Translations under genes and position numbers: made by a program | Source: Eledone cirrhosa | Lineage: Eukaryota | Direction: 5' to 3' | Length of the DNA stretch: 64,000 nucleotides | Assembly (NCBI GenBank): GCA_964016885.1 | Contig: OZ024743.1 | Span: forward strand, 125,054,001 to 125,118,000 | Shown here: piece after piece, positions 1-13,041 of the stretch | Layout: each line of letters begins with the position of its first letter | Position numbering within the stretch: the first letter of the stretch is position 1 | The notes under the pieces: generated by a model | What the model was told of the DNA's origin: nothing | Database searches by the model: none | What the model saw: only the letters and a program-made list of their open reading frames with translations

Positions 1-567
1 AAAGCTTTCCCTATATTTCGAAGAAAGGGAGAGAAAGGGAGGGAGGGAGATGGGAGGTAATGGAGAGGAGAGAGAGATTGCTATACTTAAGTTACCCTGT
101 AAATGACCGTATCGTATTAATACTCTTCAGTGTGCCCTGCGATATCCATTTTCATTCATAAATCTAGATTAAGATTATTCCGGTAGATCAGAGGTCAGAG
201 GTCAGGACAGCGATCAGTCTAGAAAGTTTATTTATGAGCTTAAAGTTCTAATTTTGACTTACGCCTAGAGTGTAATAGCGAAACAAACTGAACTTCATAA
301 AATAGTAGTAACATCAGTAACATATTGGAAATATATCAAAAGCTAGACTATATTTTATCTACTGAGTTCGTGAACAATGAATTATCTCCTCTTTCAATTT
401 TTACTGTCCACCCTTCAAAAATATTATATAGTAACCATTATAGTGACAGCAATTTCGACAATATTCTTTAAATGACTTTTCCTTATAGTTATACCATTGC
501 GAGTTTCTTTTCTTTTCTGTTTAATCTGTGCTTTCTAATTTTTTCACGGTATATATATATATATATA

Positions 568-1518
568 TATACATTATGAAGAGAGAAGAAACATTTAGAT
601 ATAATTAGTAATAAAATGTATCATACCTAAACTGTTCCTAAATTCCTCGACTACGTAGTTTCGTGGCATAAACAAAAACAATATATCAAAGATATAGAGT
701 CCTTGCGAGGTCTGCCGACTTATCAAGAGGATACCTCATTTTACTAGTCTCAAGAACGCGTCTACACGACGTGAGAAAGAATCCCAAAAGGCGGAGGGGG
801 AGATAGTCACGCGATATAACGGTCGAGAAACAGAGCTAAGCCTCTTATAACCACGAAGAAAATACCACGGAGGCGGAGGGGGTATTCATATCGAGGCCGC
901 AGAAGAGGTAGTGAAGAAGGCGAGAAGTATGAGTAATGGAAGCTTTCCAGTTGTCCCCACACTTCAAAGATTGCTCGACCAGAGGGAGTTATTAATATAT
1001 TTAGAAACACACAGATACATGCGGATACACACATATATACATGAATGCATCCGCACCCAACTGTGAGTTAAGGGTGCCAACTTCACCGATGTTGCTCAAT
1101 GAATGACTGGGACAGACCGCGTGACTATCTCCCCCTCCGCCTTTTGGGATTCTTTCTCACGTCGTGTAGACGCGTTCTTGAGACTAGTAAAATGAGGTAT
1201 CCTCTTGATAAGTCGGCAGACCTCGCAAGGACTCTATATCTTTGATATATTGTTTTTGTTTATGCCACGAAACTACGTAGTCGAGGAATTTAGGAACAGT
1301 TTAGGTATGATACATTTTATTACTAATTATATCTAAATGTTTCTTCTCTCTTCATAATGTATTTTTAACTCTGATACTGGTTCAGTCTAGTTCAAACTGA
1401 ATTGGTCTGTCCCAGTCATTCATTGAGCAACATCGGTGAAGTTGGCACCCTTAACTCACAGTTGGGTGCGGATGCATTCATGTATATATGTGTGTATCCG
1501 CATGTATCTGTGTGTTTC

Positions 1519-1524
<6 letters not shown>
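568..1524. mobile_element. Non-autonomous, probably PLE-derived element inserted in (TA)n as a nested inverted duplication
   Basis: 568-813 is the reverse complement of 1118-1362, and 997-1118 is the reverse complement of 1404-1524; both outer ends run into (TA)n; no ORF. Confidence 0.7.
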
Positions 1525-1554
<30 letters not shown>

Positions 1555-2224
1555 AATACGGTTTATGTATGTTATATGCCTGCATATATATATATACACA
1601 TGCTGACTGACTGACTGAACCCAGAACCACGTGGCTGCGAAGTGAATCTTTAAGAACACAGCCATGTCTGCACCGATTACGAAATATTTTATTCTCAACA
1701 AATAAAGTAGTCAAAAGAAAATGCTTGAAATATTTTCTTTTAAATGATAAAACACAGTGTATATTATAATATCTAAGATAAGTTTAATGTAGGTTTACCT
1801 AAAATTTATAAAAAACATAACAGATTGTTGACTTTCATATATTACGACTAATTGACCGATCATCAGCACACAAGCATCTTTTTCACTCTGTCTAAGAAGA
1901 TAATTATAGTCAAACGCTAATTATATTAAGCACAAACCAGAACTTACTCTATTTGATAGCATATAAAAACCTTTCACCCCAGTAGAAAATGGCTTTAAGA
2001 TAACAAACGCGTCTTATATGCGAGGTTGAAACAGTCATAATATTACATGCTTACACGTAAACACACAAACACATTTTCTTAATACTCCTTGCTAAAATAG
2101 AGGCAGGGATCTTATATGCACCGAGGCCCTATTTGCCATCTAATGCAGTAAATGAAATGGCTAGCCTAATTTGCATAATGTGCATTCGTTGGTGACGTAA
2201 CTATCTATTATATTTTTATTTCAG

Positions 2225-2386
2225 GAATTGTTGACTAAGATTGCTTCAATGAAAACTGACAAAGCCACAGGCATGCCTAAAAAGAAAATCAAGATCGTCG
2301 ACTGTGGTACTGAAGAAGTACTGAAACCTGTCTGTCTGACTACGGATCAGATTATGGCTGAGAAAGACTTCGATATTTCCGCATAA
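2225..2386 (+). CDS. Last coding exon of a cyclophilin-type peptidyl-prolyl cis-trans isomerase (upstream exons not found in the window)
   Basis: Acceptor tttatttcag| then ELLTKIASMKTDKATGMPKKKIKIVDCGTEEVLKPVCLTTDQIMAEKDFDISA*. P-x-K-x-I-x-I-x-D-C-G is the cyclophilin C-terminal motif. Same phase-0 exon boundary as the last exon of the paralog at 19215-19364. Confidence 0.85.
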   Translation, partial: ELLTKIASMKTDKATGMPKKKIKIVDCGTEEVLKPVCLTTDQIMAEKDFDISA

Positions 2387-2726
2387 ATCCATAATTTAAA
2401 AAAAAATTAAAATCGAGCAAAATATATAATTACTTCCCCTTTTCACTCTCTCATCTTCCTCATCATATTTCTTTTTCGATGTTATTCCTTTGAGGAATAT
2501 ATAAGAAAATGTTAACGAAGAGACGTGTAATTTGCAAAGAATAGACAAACCAGAGAATAGATGACAACACCATCAATATATATATAGATAATATATATAT
2601 ATATACATATATAAAAGGAGATTAATATCCCCACAGGTACTAAGTACCTCTGGAAATATATAGGGTGTCTATGATACAGTGGTTATTTAAAAAAATTGTT
2701 TGAATCTTGCTTGCTCCGCTTATCTC

Positions 2727-2775
<49 letters not shown>

Positions 2776-3218
2776 TGGAAATTTCCTTGGACATTACATA
2801 GCAGTGATATATGATTCAGCACATACTGGCATATAAAACGGCTAAAGTTTGTCAATTTCGTTATATTTTTCATCAACAACATTCCTTGTATATTTTATGT
2901 TCCTAATTTTATGCTCCAAATTACATTGACACAGCTTTTTTAAAAATTTTTTTTTCTTTTCCTTTTTTTGTATTTCTGAAATGTTATTTTCTTCGTAATT
3001 AAAACAAAAACGAAACAAAAAATTATTAATCTTCATCGATGCTACTTAAACGTGATTAAGAGCCTCTCACGACCTGTTGTGTATGAAGTACAGAAAAAAT
3101 AAACGTTTTGTGGACTAAGTACTCAAGAGTATTTTATAATTAACTCTTTTATAATTAACTATATTAATTAACTGTTCGCTGATTAGAATCATTTTAATTT
3201 TCATTATACCCAGAATTT

Positions 3219-3425
3219 AGGGCAGAATCGTTAAAGGATCGGAAAATGCTTTGCAGCATTTACGTTTTTTTCATTCTGGGTTCAAATTCCGTTGAAGTCA
3301 ACTTTGTCTTTTATCCGGCTGCGTTCGATAAAATAAAGTACCAGTCAGATACTATGGTCCATGTAATCGAATTTTCCCTCATATCCATGTTGCTGGTCTT
3401 GTGTGTAAATCAGAAATCGTTATTA
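3219..3425 (+). mobile_element. tRNA-derived SINE with Nin/Deu-like central domain (major octopod SINE family)
   Basis: A-box GGCAGAATCG, B-box GGTTCAAATTCC, central ...GATAAAATAAAGTACCAG, ATT tail. Confidence 0.75.
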
Positions 3426-3701
3426 TATTCGGAAGTATCAAAGGTGAGACCAACTTTTCTTTTCATCCTTCCAAGATTGATAACATAAAGTGCTAGTAAA
3501 ATACTAGGATAGATTTAATCAGCTGTTCCCTTCCCCCGCCATCTTAATTTCTGGTTATAAGTCTATGAAATAAATCAAGGCTGATGGAGTAGCAGAATTA
3601 TTAGAGCATTGAATAATATGTATAAATAATCAGTTCCGTTGAGGCCGGTGTTCAAGATCGAAGTCACTGTTGCAGCATGTATATATATATACACACATAC
3701 A

Positions 3702-3751
<50 letters not shown>

Positions 3752-4189
3752 TACAAATATATATATATATGTGTGTGTGTATAAAATGTAACAACGGAGG
3801 TCAAGACTCGCGTTTATCTCTGTAATTTAATGAGCTCAAGGGAAAGATTTTTCCGGGCTCTTCAAAATACAATATAGAGAGGAGAATGCACAAGAGAATG
3901 TGTTTTCAATTACAGCGCGTATAAGGACCTAGAGTGAAACACATAAAAACTACGAAAGGTAAGGCAAATACATCATAATTTAAAAGATAAATTAAAATGG
4001 AATAACCCACCTTTGTAACTATATATATATATATATATGTTATATATAATAAGTATATCTATCTATCTAATATGCATATGTATATATATGGATTTATATA
4101 TATATATATAATATACAGACAATAATAAAGCAAACGACACAGTGCAATGAAAAAAAAAAATTATTATTTTCGCTTGATATAGTAGGAAA

Positions 4190-5055
4190 AGAATCTTAAC
4201 GATTCGGACGCTAGTCTTTCATCAGAAAGTAGAATGAGAAATTTAAAAAGAAAGATTGGGGAGACGGACAGGGCGAAAAACATTTTTGTAGAGAAAAATA
4301 ACAGTTCCATTCATGTCGCCATCTCTTGGAAAACTGTTGCTGCTGGTGTTTTGTGTCTGATATACTTGTTTGAAAAGGTGGTGATCGAGCCGCGTCTATC
4401 TGAAAGGGAAAAACTGTTTTGTATACTGTTTGTGTGTGTGTGTGTGTGCGCACACACCTTCACCCCGTCAGCACGAGCATATGTGTGTAAGGATAAAGAA
4501 ATTGGGGAGGGAAGTTGAATCCATTGGGGAAATTATTACCAAGGAGGAAAATCAGACTCTGCCCAGTTCGGGTGCGCTAGGCCTGCAACGCGTGATGTAA
4601 AAGGACCCTAAGGACTAAGACATTTAAGGAAGAGTGGCCTGTGGAACGGAAGTGATGGGGGCATCCAAACCGAGACGTATGTCCCTCAAATGTTCAACAA
4701 AACTGTCCGCCAAACGGCGTCCTGTTTGTCCAATATATAAGGATCCGCAAAGGGAACACGGGAGGGCATAGACTTCGTGGGTGGATGTGCAGGTGAAGAA
4801 GTGGTGGATACGGAATGAACCATTGGTGCCTGTGAGAGTAGTGAAGTTAGAAATGAAGGGACAGGTGTTGCAGTGGGGACGAGAGCCGGCTGGAGTCCTA
4901 GGAGAGGAAGTGAAGGGGGCATTACGTACCAGGAGGTGACGGAGATAACGTGCCTGCTTAAAGGCGGTGATAGATGGGTTTGGAAAAAAGCAAGACGTGA
5001 TGAGGTCAGAAGAGAGAGTGCGGAAACAAAGGAACGCAGGTCACCGGAGAGGTAG
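4190..5055 (-). mobile_element. Penelope-like element (Neptune-type) 3' fragment: GIY-YIG endonuclease plus pseudo-LTR
   Basis: Minus frame reads CNTCPFI...FTCTSTHEVYALPCSLCGSLYIGQTGRRLADSFVEHLRDI...LIFLLGNNFPNGFN (frameshifted); degenerate hammerhead CTGATGA-AAGAC-tagc-GTCC-GAAT at ~4200-4225. Confidence 0.85.
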
Positions 5056-5514
5056 GGTGATGGCGTGGTAGGTGGGAGAGGGGGGGGGTATTGCGAAGGC
5101 GGTGGATTGGTAAATATAACCAATTGAAATTATAATTGTCAATCACAGAAATGTTCAATGCGAGCAAACGAACACATTCATATATATATATTCTTTTTCA
5201 TTTTCATTTCATTTCAACGATTTTTTTGAACCAGTTGTTTTTATTATAGTCTAATCCGTTATTTTTTAAACAAAACTTGTTCATGTTTTGGAAAATTCTC
5301 TGATTCCTTTTTTTATTTCTAGATGGGATTTATTTTAACTGGTAACTATATGTGGGTCTTTTTTATGGAGTGTGGGAAGTAGCAATATGGTAGTTAACGT
5401 TCCTGTAAGTTCTGAACTCAAATCCTGCCGAAATTTACTAAGTTTTTCATCCTTCTGGGGTCAATAAAATAAGCATCAGTCAACTACTGAGTCTATGTAT
5501 TCGATAGTTATTTT

Positions 5515-5760
5515 ATTATTATTAATACACTTCTTCCCGATTCGGAAACAAGGCTTCTATGATTCGATGATATTCACACTGGTCTTTAGCATCTCACTGT
5601 ACTCCATGTAAGATGTATTTCTAAGTTCACCTTCCACTGTTCTACATCAGACTTTCACTTTTCAAGTTGTGACCATCTTAATGCTGCCTTTGGTATCCTG
5701 TCATAGTTCAATCTGAGTGCCTGGCCTAGTTAACTGAGCCACTGGCATTTTCCATGGATC
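5515..5760 (-). mobile_element. Degenerate RTE-type LINE 3' end
   Basis: Minus-strand remnants of ..ALRLNYDRIPKAALRWS..., ending in a (TAA)n tail. Confidence 0.45.
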
Positions 5761-5949
5761 ACACTATTACAACCAGTGTTCCGGTACAAATGCTTATTTG
5801 ACACTTTGTTGGATCAAAAGATGCAGCAGAATTTCCTCAGACACTCAGAAGAAAGCAATAGTGTTATTCAATTGATAGTTCCCACAAACAGTTTCGTATT
5901 GTACTAGTAATTATTAATTTCTTGTTTATGATATATAACAACAATACAG

Positions 5950-6780
5950 CCAGAAGGAATGACGTAATAAAACTGAAAACAATTTGGACAATATAATACG
6001 GTTAAAGCTTTGAATAAGCACATGTTTACATAAAATGTTCGTTGGTATGCGTCCTATGTTGGTTTCTGTTCCAAGCGGATGCCGATTTACTCCACTCACA
6101 AACTTATTCACCAACCTTGTAAATTTGTTGCTTCATATATAAGTAACTACTTTTCTAGAGCACAAAATACAAAATAATTTCAGATATGCTAGAATAACTC
6201 ATTAAATTTTTGGGTTGCCAAGATTTTATGCCAATCCATGGTACCATACTCAAAGATTCAATTGACCAAATAAAATTTGGTCAATCGTTTTGCCAGATAT
6301 AACAGCAAAATTCTCCTCGAACCATAACCTATTGCGTCAAAGAAATGTACACATTTGATAATGTGGTCTGGGGATGAAACACTGGATGGTCCTCTACTTT
6401 CACGTACCACATGGGTTAGCGGATTGGACAATAGAGCCGTACGTACATGTAAACGAATTGGATTAGTAATTTTTCAATATACTATAGCATATTGCCACAA
6501 AAGCAAAAGGTCCCTACAGTTCTGTAATGGAAATTGGGGAAGATATATTTCCGTTGACAGCCCGAGATCATTACAGACGTATTTTAAATCGTAAAGACAA
6601 TACTCTCTTCAATCGACCAACGCTTTAACCTGGCGAGTTACATGGTACATTCAAGACTGGAGACATTGCTTCTAAATGTGCCAACATGAACAACACCTCA
6701 GCAGAAATCGACTTTATTAAGGCAAAATACGCCGATGAGATTGACATCAATTAGTTTATAGCTCAATTTCTGTAATTTGA
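5950..6780 (+). mobile_element. Degenerate hAT-type (ZMYM1-like) transposase remnant
   Basis: Frame fragments TARDHYRRIL / IVKTILSSIDQRFNLASYMVHSRLETLLLN / SAEIDFIKAKYADEID resemble the hAT C-terminal region. Confidence 0.45.
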
Positions 6781-8243
6781 AATGTCTGTATGTCCTCTAT
6801 TTTGTAATTACAGGAAATACTAGGAGTGGAATGATTTGAAAGAGATGGTTAGTTAAACACGAACCCTGTTTAGTCTAGCTTTTGACTTATTTATTCGATT
6901 ATTCATACGATACGCACACATCTGATTCTTTGATTCCTTTCCCTACATAGGAATACATTAATTAAAGTTACTGAGAGTTATTTGAGAACAATTCAACTGT
7001 TAAATCTACCAGGTTGAGCAAACATTGTAATGACTCCATCGTTTTCTTGTCATTTGCAGTAATAAGCAGAAGTCTATTTTATTAAATATATTCCCCAATA
7101 TACATAAAAATATTCGCTTGAAAAGAAATAGTAATAAAGATAATGATTTCTTACACGGAGACACAAGGCTATAAATCAGTAGTGGCAGTAAATTGAATCG
7201 CCTCAGTACATTACTGGTACATATTCTATCGAAGCCCGAAGGGATTTGAACGCGTAATTTAATATTATCATGCAGTTTGGCGTTTCAGCAATCTCTTGCT
7301 TTTATAGTACCGTATTAATAATTTCTAAATTAAGCACAAGCAATTTTGAGAAAGGTGAAAGTCGATTATATCGACCCCCATTACTATACTGGTACACAAT
7401 TTTATCGAACCCGGAAAGATAAAAGGCAAAGTTGATCTTGGTTAGAACGTAAAGTGTTAAAATAAATACTGCTAAGCATTTGTCCGACGCTCGAACGATT
7501 TTGTGTATTCACTACCATTCTGCTTTCATGGTCATAATGATTTCTAACATAAGCACAAGGCTTATTTGGGTAAAGGGGAACGTCGATTATATCGGCCACG
7601 AAAGGATGAAAGGCAAAGTTCCCTCCATAGGATTTGAACACACAACGTAGAAAATCGTAACTAAATACCACAAATCATTTTGTTCGACGCTCTACCGATA
7701 CTGATAACCCACCATCCTTGCTTACCTGGTAGTAATGAAGCTCTCTATCATCGGCACACACCCCTAGATTAGGATAGAGGGCACAACCGATAAAATCGAC
7801 TCAAATACTTGCCTTTCATCCGCCTCAATGAAGTGAGTGAACTTATATAACCATTGTCAGTCATGTACTGAAAGAGATCAATACAATCTACAAAAGGTCT
7901 CACTGTAATATATTATTTTTGCCTAAATTAGAAATTATCGTTATTGTTGTTAGCACCCTCCTCATTTTCGTAATTAAAATGAAAGTAGCAGTTAATTGTG
8001 TTGACGATATTCATGGCCAAAAGGCTTAACATTTGCTAGTCCACTACAAACTGTTACTGCGAGTAGTTTACAGGTCAGTACTGGTATGAGCGGGACGAGT
8101 GCAAAATTAACGAGTGTTTCGTTATGTTTCAGTATTACATTCAAGTAATTGTATAAATCATGATAGACACCCACTCCCAACCAATTTCTATCATCATAAA
8201 GTACAATATTCCATTCTATCTTAAAATGATTCAATAAAGGTTC

Positions 8244-8435
8244 ATGAATTTAGATAAATTTGTGCACCGTGCGGCAGAAGAGAAACCTGAGGTACCCTTC
8301 GTCTTTTGTAGACGTGTTGTTGTGGATGTTCTTGTTCTTACGGATCACATTTGCGACATTGCATCTCGTAGGAAGTTTCTTGGGTGTTTTAATGATAAAG
8401 GCCCAAATCCTATCATGACACCAGTTTTCTGGTGA
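8244..8435 (+). mobile_element. Possible degenerate PLE reverse-transcriptase fragment
   Basis: FCRRVVVDVLVL resembles RYVDDVF and FLGCFNDKGPN resembles FL..LN..HPN; heavily decayed. Confidence 0.35.
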
Positions 8436-9469
8436 CCGGAATACGGGATATGGACTCTGAATGAACGTACACAGCTGGAACAGATGCTACAAAAAATCAT
8501 GTCCGACGCTCTAACAATACTGCCAGTCTATTTAAATTTATAAACCGATAAATTTATGTATCGATACCGAAAGGATAAAATGCAATGTTGATTTCGCTGG
8601 GAGTTGAACTCAAAGCGCAGAGAGTCGGAGCGAAGAATGAAGAATATTTCACCCGATGCCTAACTGTCAATTTGCTACCTTCGTCTGAGAGACATCGGGT
8701 GTAAGATTATTATTCTCTTCACAACATACGATGGCTTTAATCCCTCATGAACTTTACTGTATACTTTTTTCTTCTTCTTGTCGCCCATTTATTCCTTAGA
8801 GGGTCCTATCTGAAGCAGCAATCTCCATTTTTTTCGGTTGGATCCTCAAGCGACACCAACCGAGCATATGGATGTTTCCAGCCTGTATAATGTTTGGAAG
8901 AGGAACAAGGCCTCGAGTTTAGAGGAAAGAAACAATTGGTTATATCGACCCAAGTTCTTAACTGGTACTTTATTTTATTGACCCCCGGAAGGATAACAAA
9001 ATTGACTTCTGTGAGATTTGAACTCAGAAAGTTAAGAACCGGAAGAAATACCTGAGGACATTTTGTCCGACACTCTACCGATTCTACCGGCCACCACAGA
9101 GCACCACCAATTTCCTCAAACTTTGTTCTTGTTGTTCTCTTTACTTAATTCAATGAATCATCATTAATAAATATATTATATTATAAAATTATATTTAAAA
9201 AAAAAACTGCGGCAAATGTACTTAAAATATTAAGCTAACAATTTCATTTTATTGTCTTTTTGTATTTTATTTTGTTTCTATAAATCGGTGGTAAAAACTA
9301 CATGACTAGCTGATTGTTTCTTATTGGTGTTTGTCAGGCGGGCGGTGGAGTGGAGAAAATACCTTGCTGTATTTACTTGTATATCATCACATTCTGCGCT
9401 GAAACACCATCGAGTTTGACTCCGTCTGTCGTCCTTTGGAGGTCGATAAAATATGTACCAGCTGAGTCT

Positions 9470-9742
9470 AAAGTCTAAAGTCTTAAACCAGAACGCTCGT
9501 TTGGCCAGTGCTTATCCCAGTTTCATGGCGTGAAGCGACTGAGAGAACAAGACTCCCCACTGGACAGGACGCCAGTCCATCGCAGGGTTTAAACCCCCAG
9601 CTATTGCTGGTACTCATTTTCAGCTGAGTATACTGGAGCAACGTGAAATGAAGTGTTTTGCTCGAGAACACAACACGCAACCCAGGAATCGAACCCACCA
9701 CATTATGATCGTAAGTCCAACACCCTTACTACTAGGACATAT
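9470..9742 (-). mobile_element. tRNA-derived SINE with CORE/V-like domains (second SINE family)
   Basis: Minus strand: B-box GGTTCGATTCC, GTGTTCTCGAGCAAAACACTT, CCTGCGATGGACTGGCGTCCTGTCCAG, (AGACTTT)n tail. Related fragments at ~10610-10710 and ~44330-44430. Confidence 0.75.
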
Positions 9743-11035
9743 GAATCCACACCAGTTGAGTACAGGGGTTAATTTAATCGGCCATATCCATCCTCCACTT
9801 TTGATGTCTTCTGTTCTCAAATCATATTTTGTATATAGTATGTATTTTCCCCACCTACTCGTATGTTTTCTTCTGTAAATAACCTTAGTTGTCCGACTAC
9901 AATAAATAGTTTTAAAATGTCTATTTATAGTGGTTTAGTAATATAACTAACTTTCTGAAAACGAATGCTCAGTCATCGCTGCCTCAAAGATGACAACCCG
10001 AACAGTGTGGGAAAACACTCTCTGGTGTTCAGAACCCGGGTGCAAGCCTCCTTATGGTCACATCTGAGAGAATGGCGAAAGCGTTCCTCCGGAAGATAGC
10101 GAGGGAGACGCGTTGAAATAGCCATTCTAATTCACGGAGCTCTCTCTTATGGGTGGCCAACTACACCCCGGTAGTAGTAAACAAGGAGGTGGTACGGAGA
10201 CCAAGAACGCTAGAAGTCTCCACTGCTACAAGTTCAACGACAAACCTATCAGAAAATGGCCGATACTTCAACAGCTTGCGATTTTCAAATTATCGGTAAA
10301 CGAAGCCTGGATCAAGTTACTGCAAGAGAAAGTGTTATATGTTTGCTTGCTGATATTGCTGGCTTAGTTGCTGTTTTATATTAAAGCTGCAACTAAAATG
10401 CTTTATCAACATCGATTAAATTTTCTATGCTATGCTGCGTCTTCGTCCATTAGGTCGATGAGTGTTCTAGCTGATGCAATCAACGCAGTAACCCTACTTG
10501 TGAAATTACGTACAAGTGGCTGCGCATTCCACAGCCACTCATACTGTTAACGTAGTTTTCAGGAAGATTCTGCATGACGAGACTCACCAAATTACAACTA
10601 ATTTTGATATCTATATGAACTGGAGCTGTTTTACTACAGAATTCGTAAATCGAACTCACGATCTTACTATTGTGAGCCCCAAACACCCTAACCACTATGT
10701 TGCGTAGCTTCAATTAAATTTACAATTTTCTAATTGAAAAGAAATGTCGATATGTTGTTTTGTTTGTTGGTCTCTTAATAATTGTTTTTGTTGAGTAGTT
10801 CCGGCCAACTCTTGGTCAGATCAATGACACAGAGGTGAGAAAGACCTAAATGTTAGACATATTGTTTTGGCAAAGATGTGCAGAGGTCGGCTTGGGTGAA
10901 ACGTCGTATTATTGCTGTTCTAGTGGCAGCCATTTTTCTTGAATTACGGAGACCAGCAAACACTCACCAAAAATATATGATAAATAGGATTCTTTATCAA
11001 CTACTGTTTATGCGTCGTCCATGTATGTTGAGCAA

Positions 11036-11432
11036 ACGGTAGATTGGCAGAGTCGTAGAACATCGGACAAATGCTTAATAGTATTTGTTTCGGTTCTTTG
11101 CGTTCTGAGTTCAAATCCTGCCGAGATCAACTTTGCTTTTCCTTCTTCTGAACTTGATAAAGTACCAATAAATTACTGGCTTTGCTGTAATCAACTTTCC
11201 CTTACATTAAAATTGCTGGTTTTGTGCTTATATTGGAAATCATTTGGATTGGCAGTATCAGTAGAGGGTTGACGCAATGCTTTGTAGCATAGAGTTACTC
11301 CCTTTACGGTCTGAGTTCAAATCCCGCCGAGGTTAACTTTGCCTTTCATCCGTACAGGGGTCGATAAAATAAAGTACCAGTAATGCACTGGGATAATTGC
11401 TGGCCTTGTGCCAAAAATAGAAACAATTATTA
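11036..11432 (+). mobile_element. Two tandem Nin/Deu-domain SINEs
   Basis: Two heads with GAGTTCAAATCC and GCCTTTCATCC..GGGGTCGATAAAATAAAGTACC. Confidence 0.8.
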
Positions 11433-11499
11433 TGCCACTATACTAATCTTCCGGGCGATTCACTTTACAATGAATCTTACTCATCAATGAGACTAAAAC

Positions 11500-11820
11500 A
11501 ACGAAAAATAAAATAAGATGGTTTTAAGAATATTTTTAAATGTTGGACTACAAAAGTAACTTTGGCAATTCATCCAATTAATAAATATCACTGTGACCTA
11601 AGCAATAAAGTCTGGCAATATACAAATTAAAATATATGGAATAACACTGCAGTAGTTATTAAATGGTTTAACAACGTCGACAGGAAAACAAACCGCATAT
11701 ATATATAATTCACCTCGTTGCTTTTTATATACTTATCAGCCAGAATCTTCTAAAATATATTTCCTTTGTAAAATCACACACAGACATTATAAAGCATGAC
11801 CTGCAGATCATGCAAAACAT
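11500..11820 (+). mobile_element. Degenerate PLE RT fragment, same clade as 26441-29134
   Basis: WNNTAVVIKWFNNVDRK...SFVKSHTDI aligns by eye with WGNTSEAIRWFNNVKNK...SFAKVNSDL of the larger PLE. Confidence 0.5.
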
Positions 11821-12845
11821 ATCTTTTTTTTTTTTTTTTTTTTTTTTTTTTGTAGATCTAATGTCCTTCTAAAACCAATGTGATCGGTACCATTAAGCTG
11901 TTGCAATTGCACAACTTTTGGAAACGCATGAATAGTGTGTGGATAGGTCCAGTGGGTCTACGTTCTGGATAGGAAGGACTGGAAGTAGTAATTAGTGCGG
12001 TGCTAGGGGCGTTGGACACAACATAGGTGATGAGAGAAGGAAAGATGAGTAAGTCATGAGTACCTAAGTGGAGGTGACATGAAATCAGCAAGCACTAAAA
12101 ACAAACAAGATACAGAGGTAAAAGAGAGCATGTCTGTGGGCTAGAGGCAGGAGAATAGAGGCCTTATACTAATTAGTCGATTGGCTTTTGTTTAGATGTA
12201 GTCTAGAATGTCAGCGTGAACAACAGCAGCGCCGTAAAAGATCTGGAAGCAGCCCTTCATTGTGAGCCTCACCTGAGACAGGTAGATAGTAACGATATCT
12301 CCAGTGGCTGGACCATGTTCACTACATGTTAAATGGAAGGATCCTGAATACTATACAAAGGGTGATCACATCTTTGTTTCAATAATGTCTACAAAAGAGG
12401 CATGAACATTAAATTTCCCTGAACATTAAATTTCAGCCTAAGTGGACCTCATCAGCCTCAGTACCGTTAGAACCATGTATGCTGCATTATTCAGCGACTT
12501 TATATATCAGTCAATATCCAGAATACACCAAACTTCAGTTCAATTTTGCAAGACACGTTTTTTTTTTTGATTTTTAAACTTTTGAGCTCAGAGAAATAAA
12601 GTTCAATGTCCTTCTTCTCTGATATACATTAAACACTTTTATATGATTCAGCGCTTGCACGATTTTTCCCACTGATTTTAATTTAAAGGTCATCTGTCTC
12701 CAAATTGTTTCAAATTTCAAAGACTTCCAAAGAATAAATACTACAGAAAACATTTGGTAGATGCAAGTACTGAAAGTGTTGAGTTTGACTAGAACAAAAT
12801 ATATCCTCTAATGTAAGAGCTATTTATTAGTTATTGCTGTTTATG

Positions 12846-13041
12846 CAAACCTGTCAACTCTCCCCGTCCGACGGGAAGATCTCCCACCCACTTTGAGGTG
12901 GGTGAGAGATGTCTTCTCTTGTGAAAATGGGTATAGCTTTCATTATGTAAAATCTCCCCGTTTTGCCCCATTTCTCCACCGTTTTGGGGCACCTTTTTTC
13001 ATGGTACTCCCCGTTTGGATTTTTAGAGGCTGGCAGGTCTA
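12846..13041. mobile_element. MITE with imperfect terminal inverted repeats (hAT-like)
   Basis: aacctgtcaactct ... agaggctggcaggtct. Confidence 0.4.

Noticed and set aside
1363-1446. Hammerhead in segment Y (CTGATAC...GAAATTGGTC)
   Set aside because: The core deviates at two conserved positions and stems I and II do not close convincingly; not called as a ribozyme.
2613-2733. (TA)n-embedded fragment with hairpin AGGTACtaaGTACCT followed by GGAAATATATA
   Set aside because: Could be a hammerhead 3' half, but no CUGAnGA core or partner arm is visible.
3785-4020. (TA)n-flanked fragment with TTGAAGA-GCCCGG on the minus strand
   Set aside because: No GAAA or stem III; too decayed to call.
9970-10110. 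HDV-like ribozyme (GCCTCCTTATGGT...GGCGAA) before a possible LINE start
   Set aside because: P1/P2 pairings could not be completed by eye; needs a descriptor search.
11858-12420. Possible APE-endonuclease LINE fragment next to a poly-T run
   Set aside because: Motifs are too decayed to assign a family.
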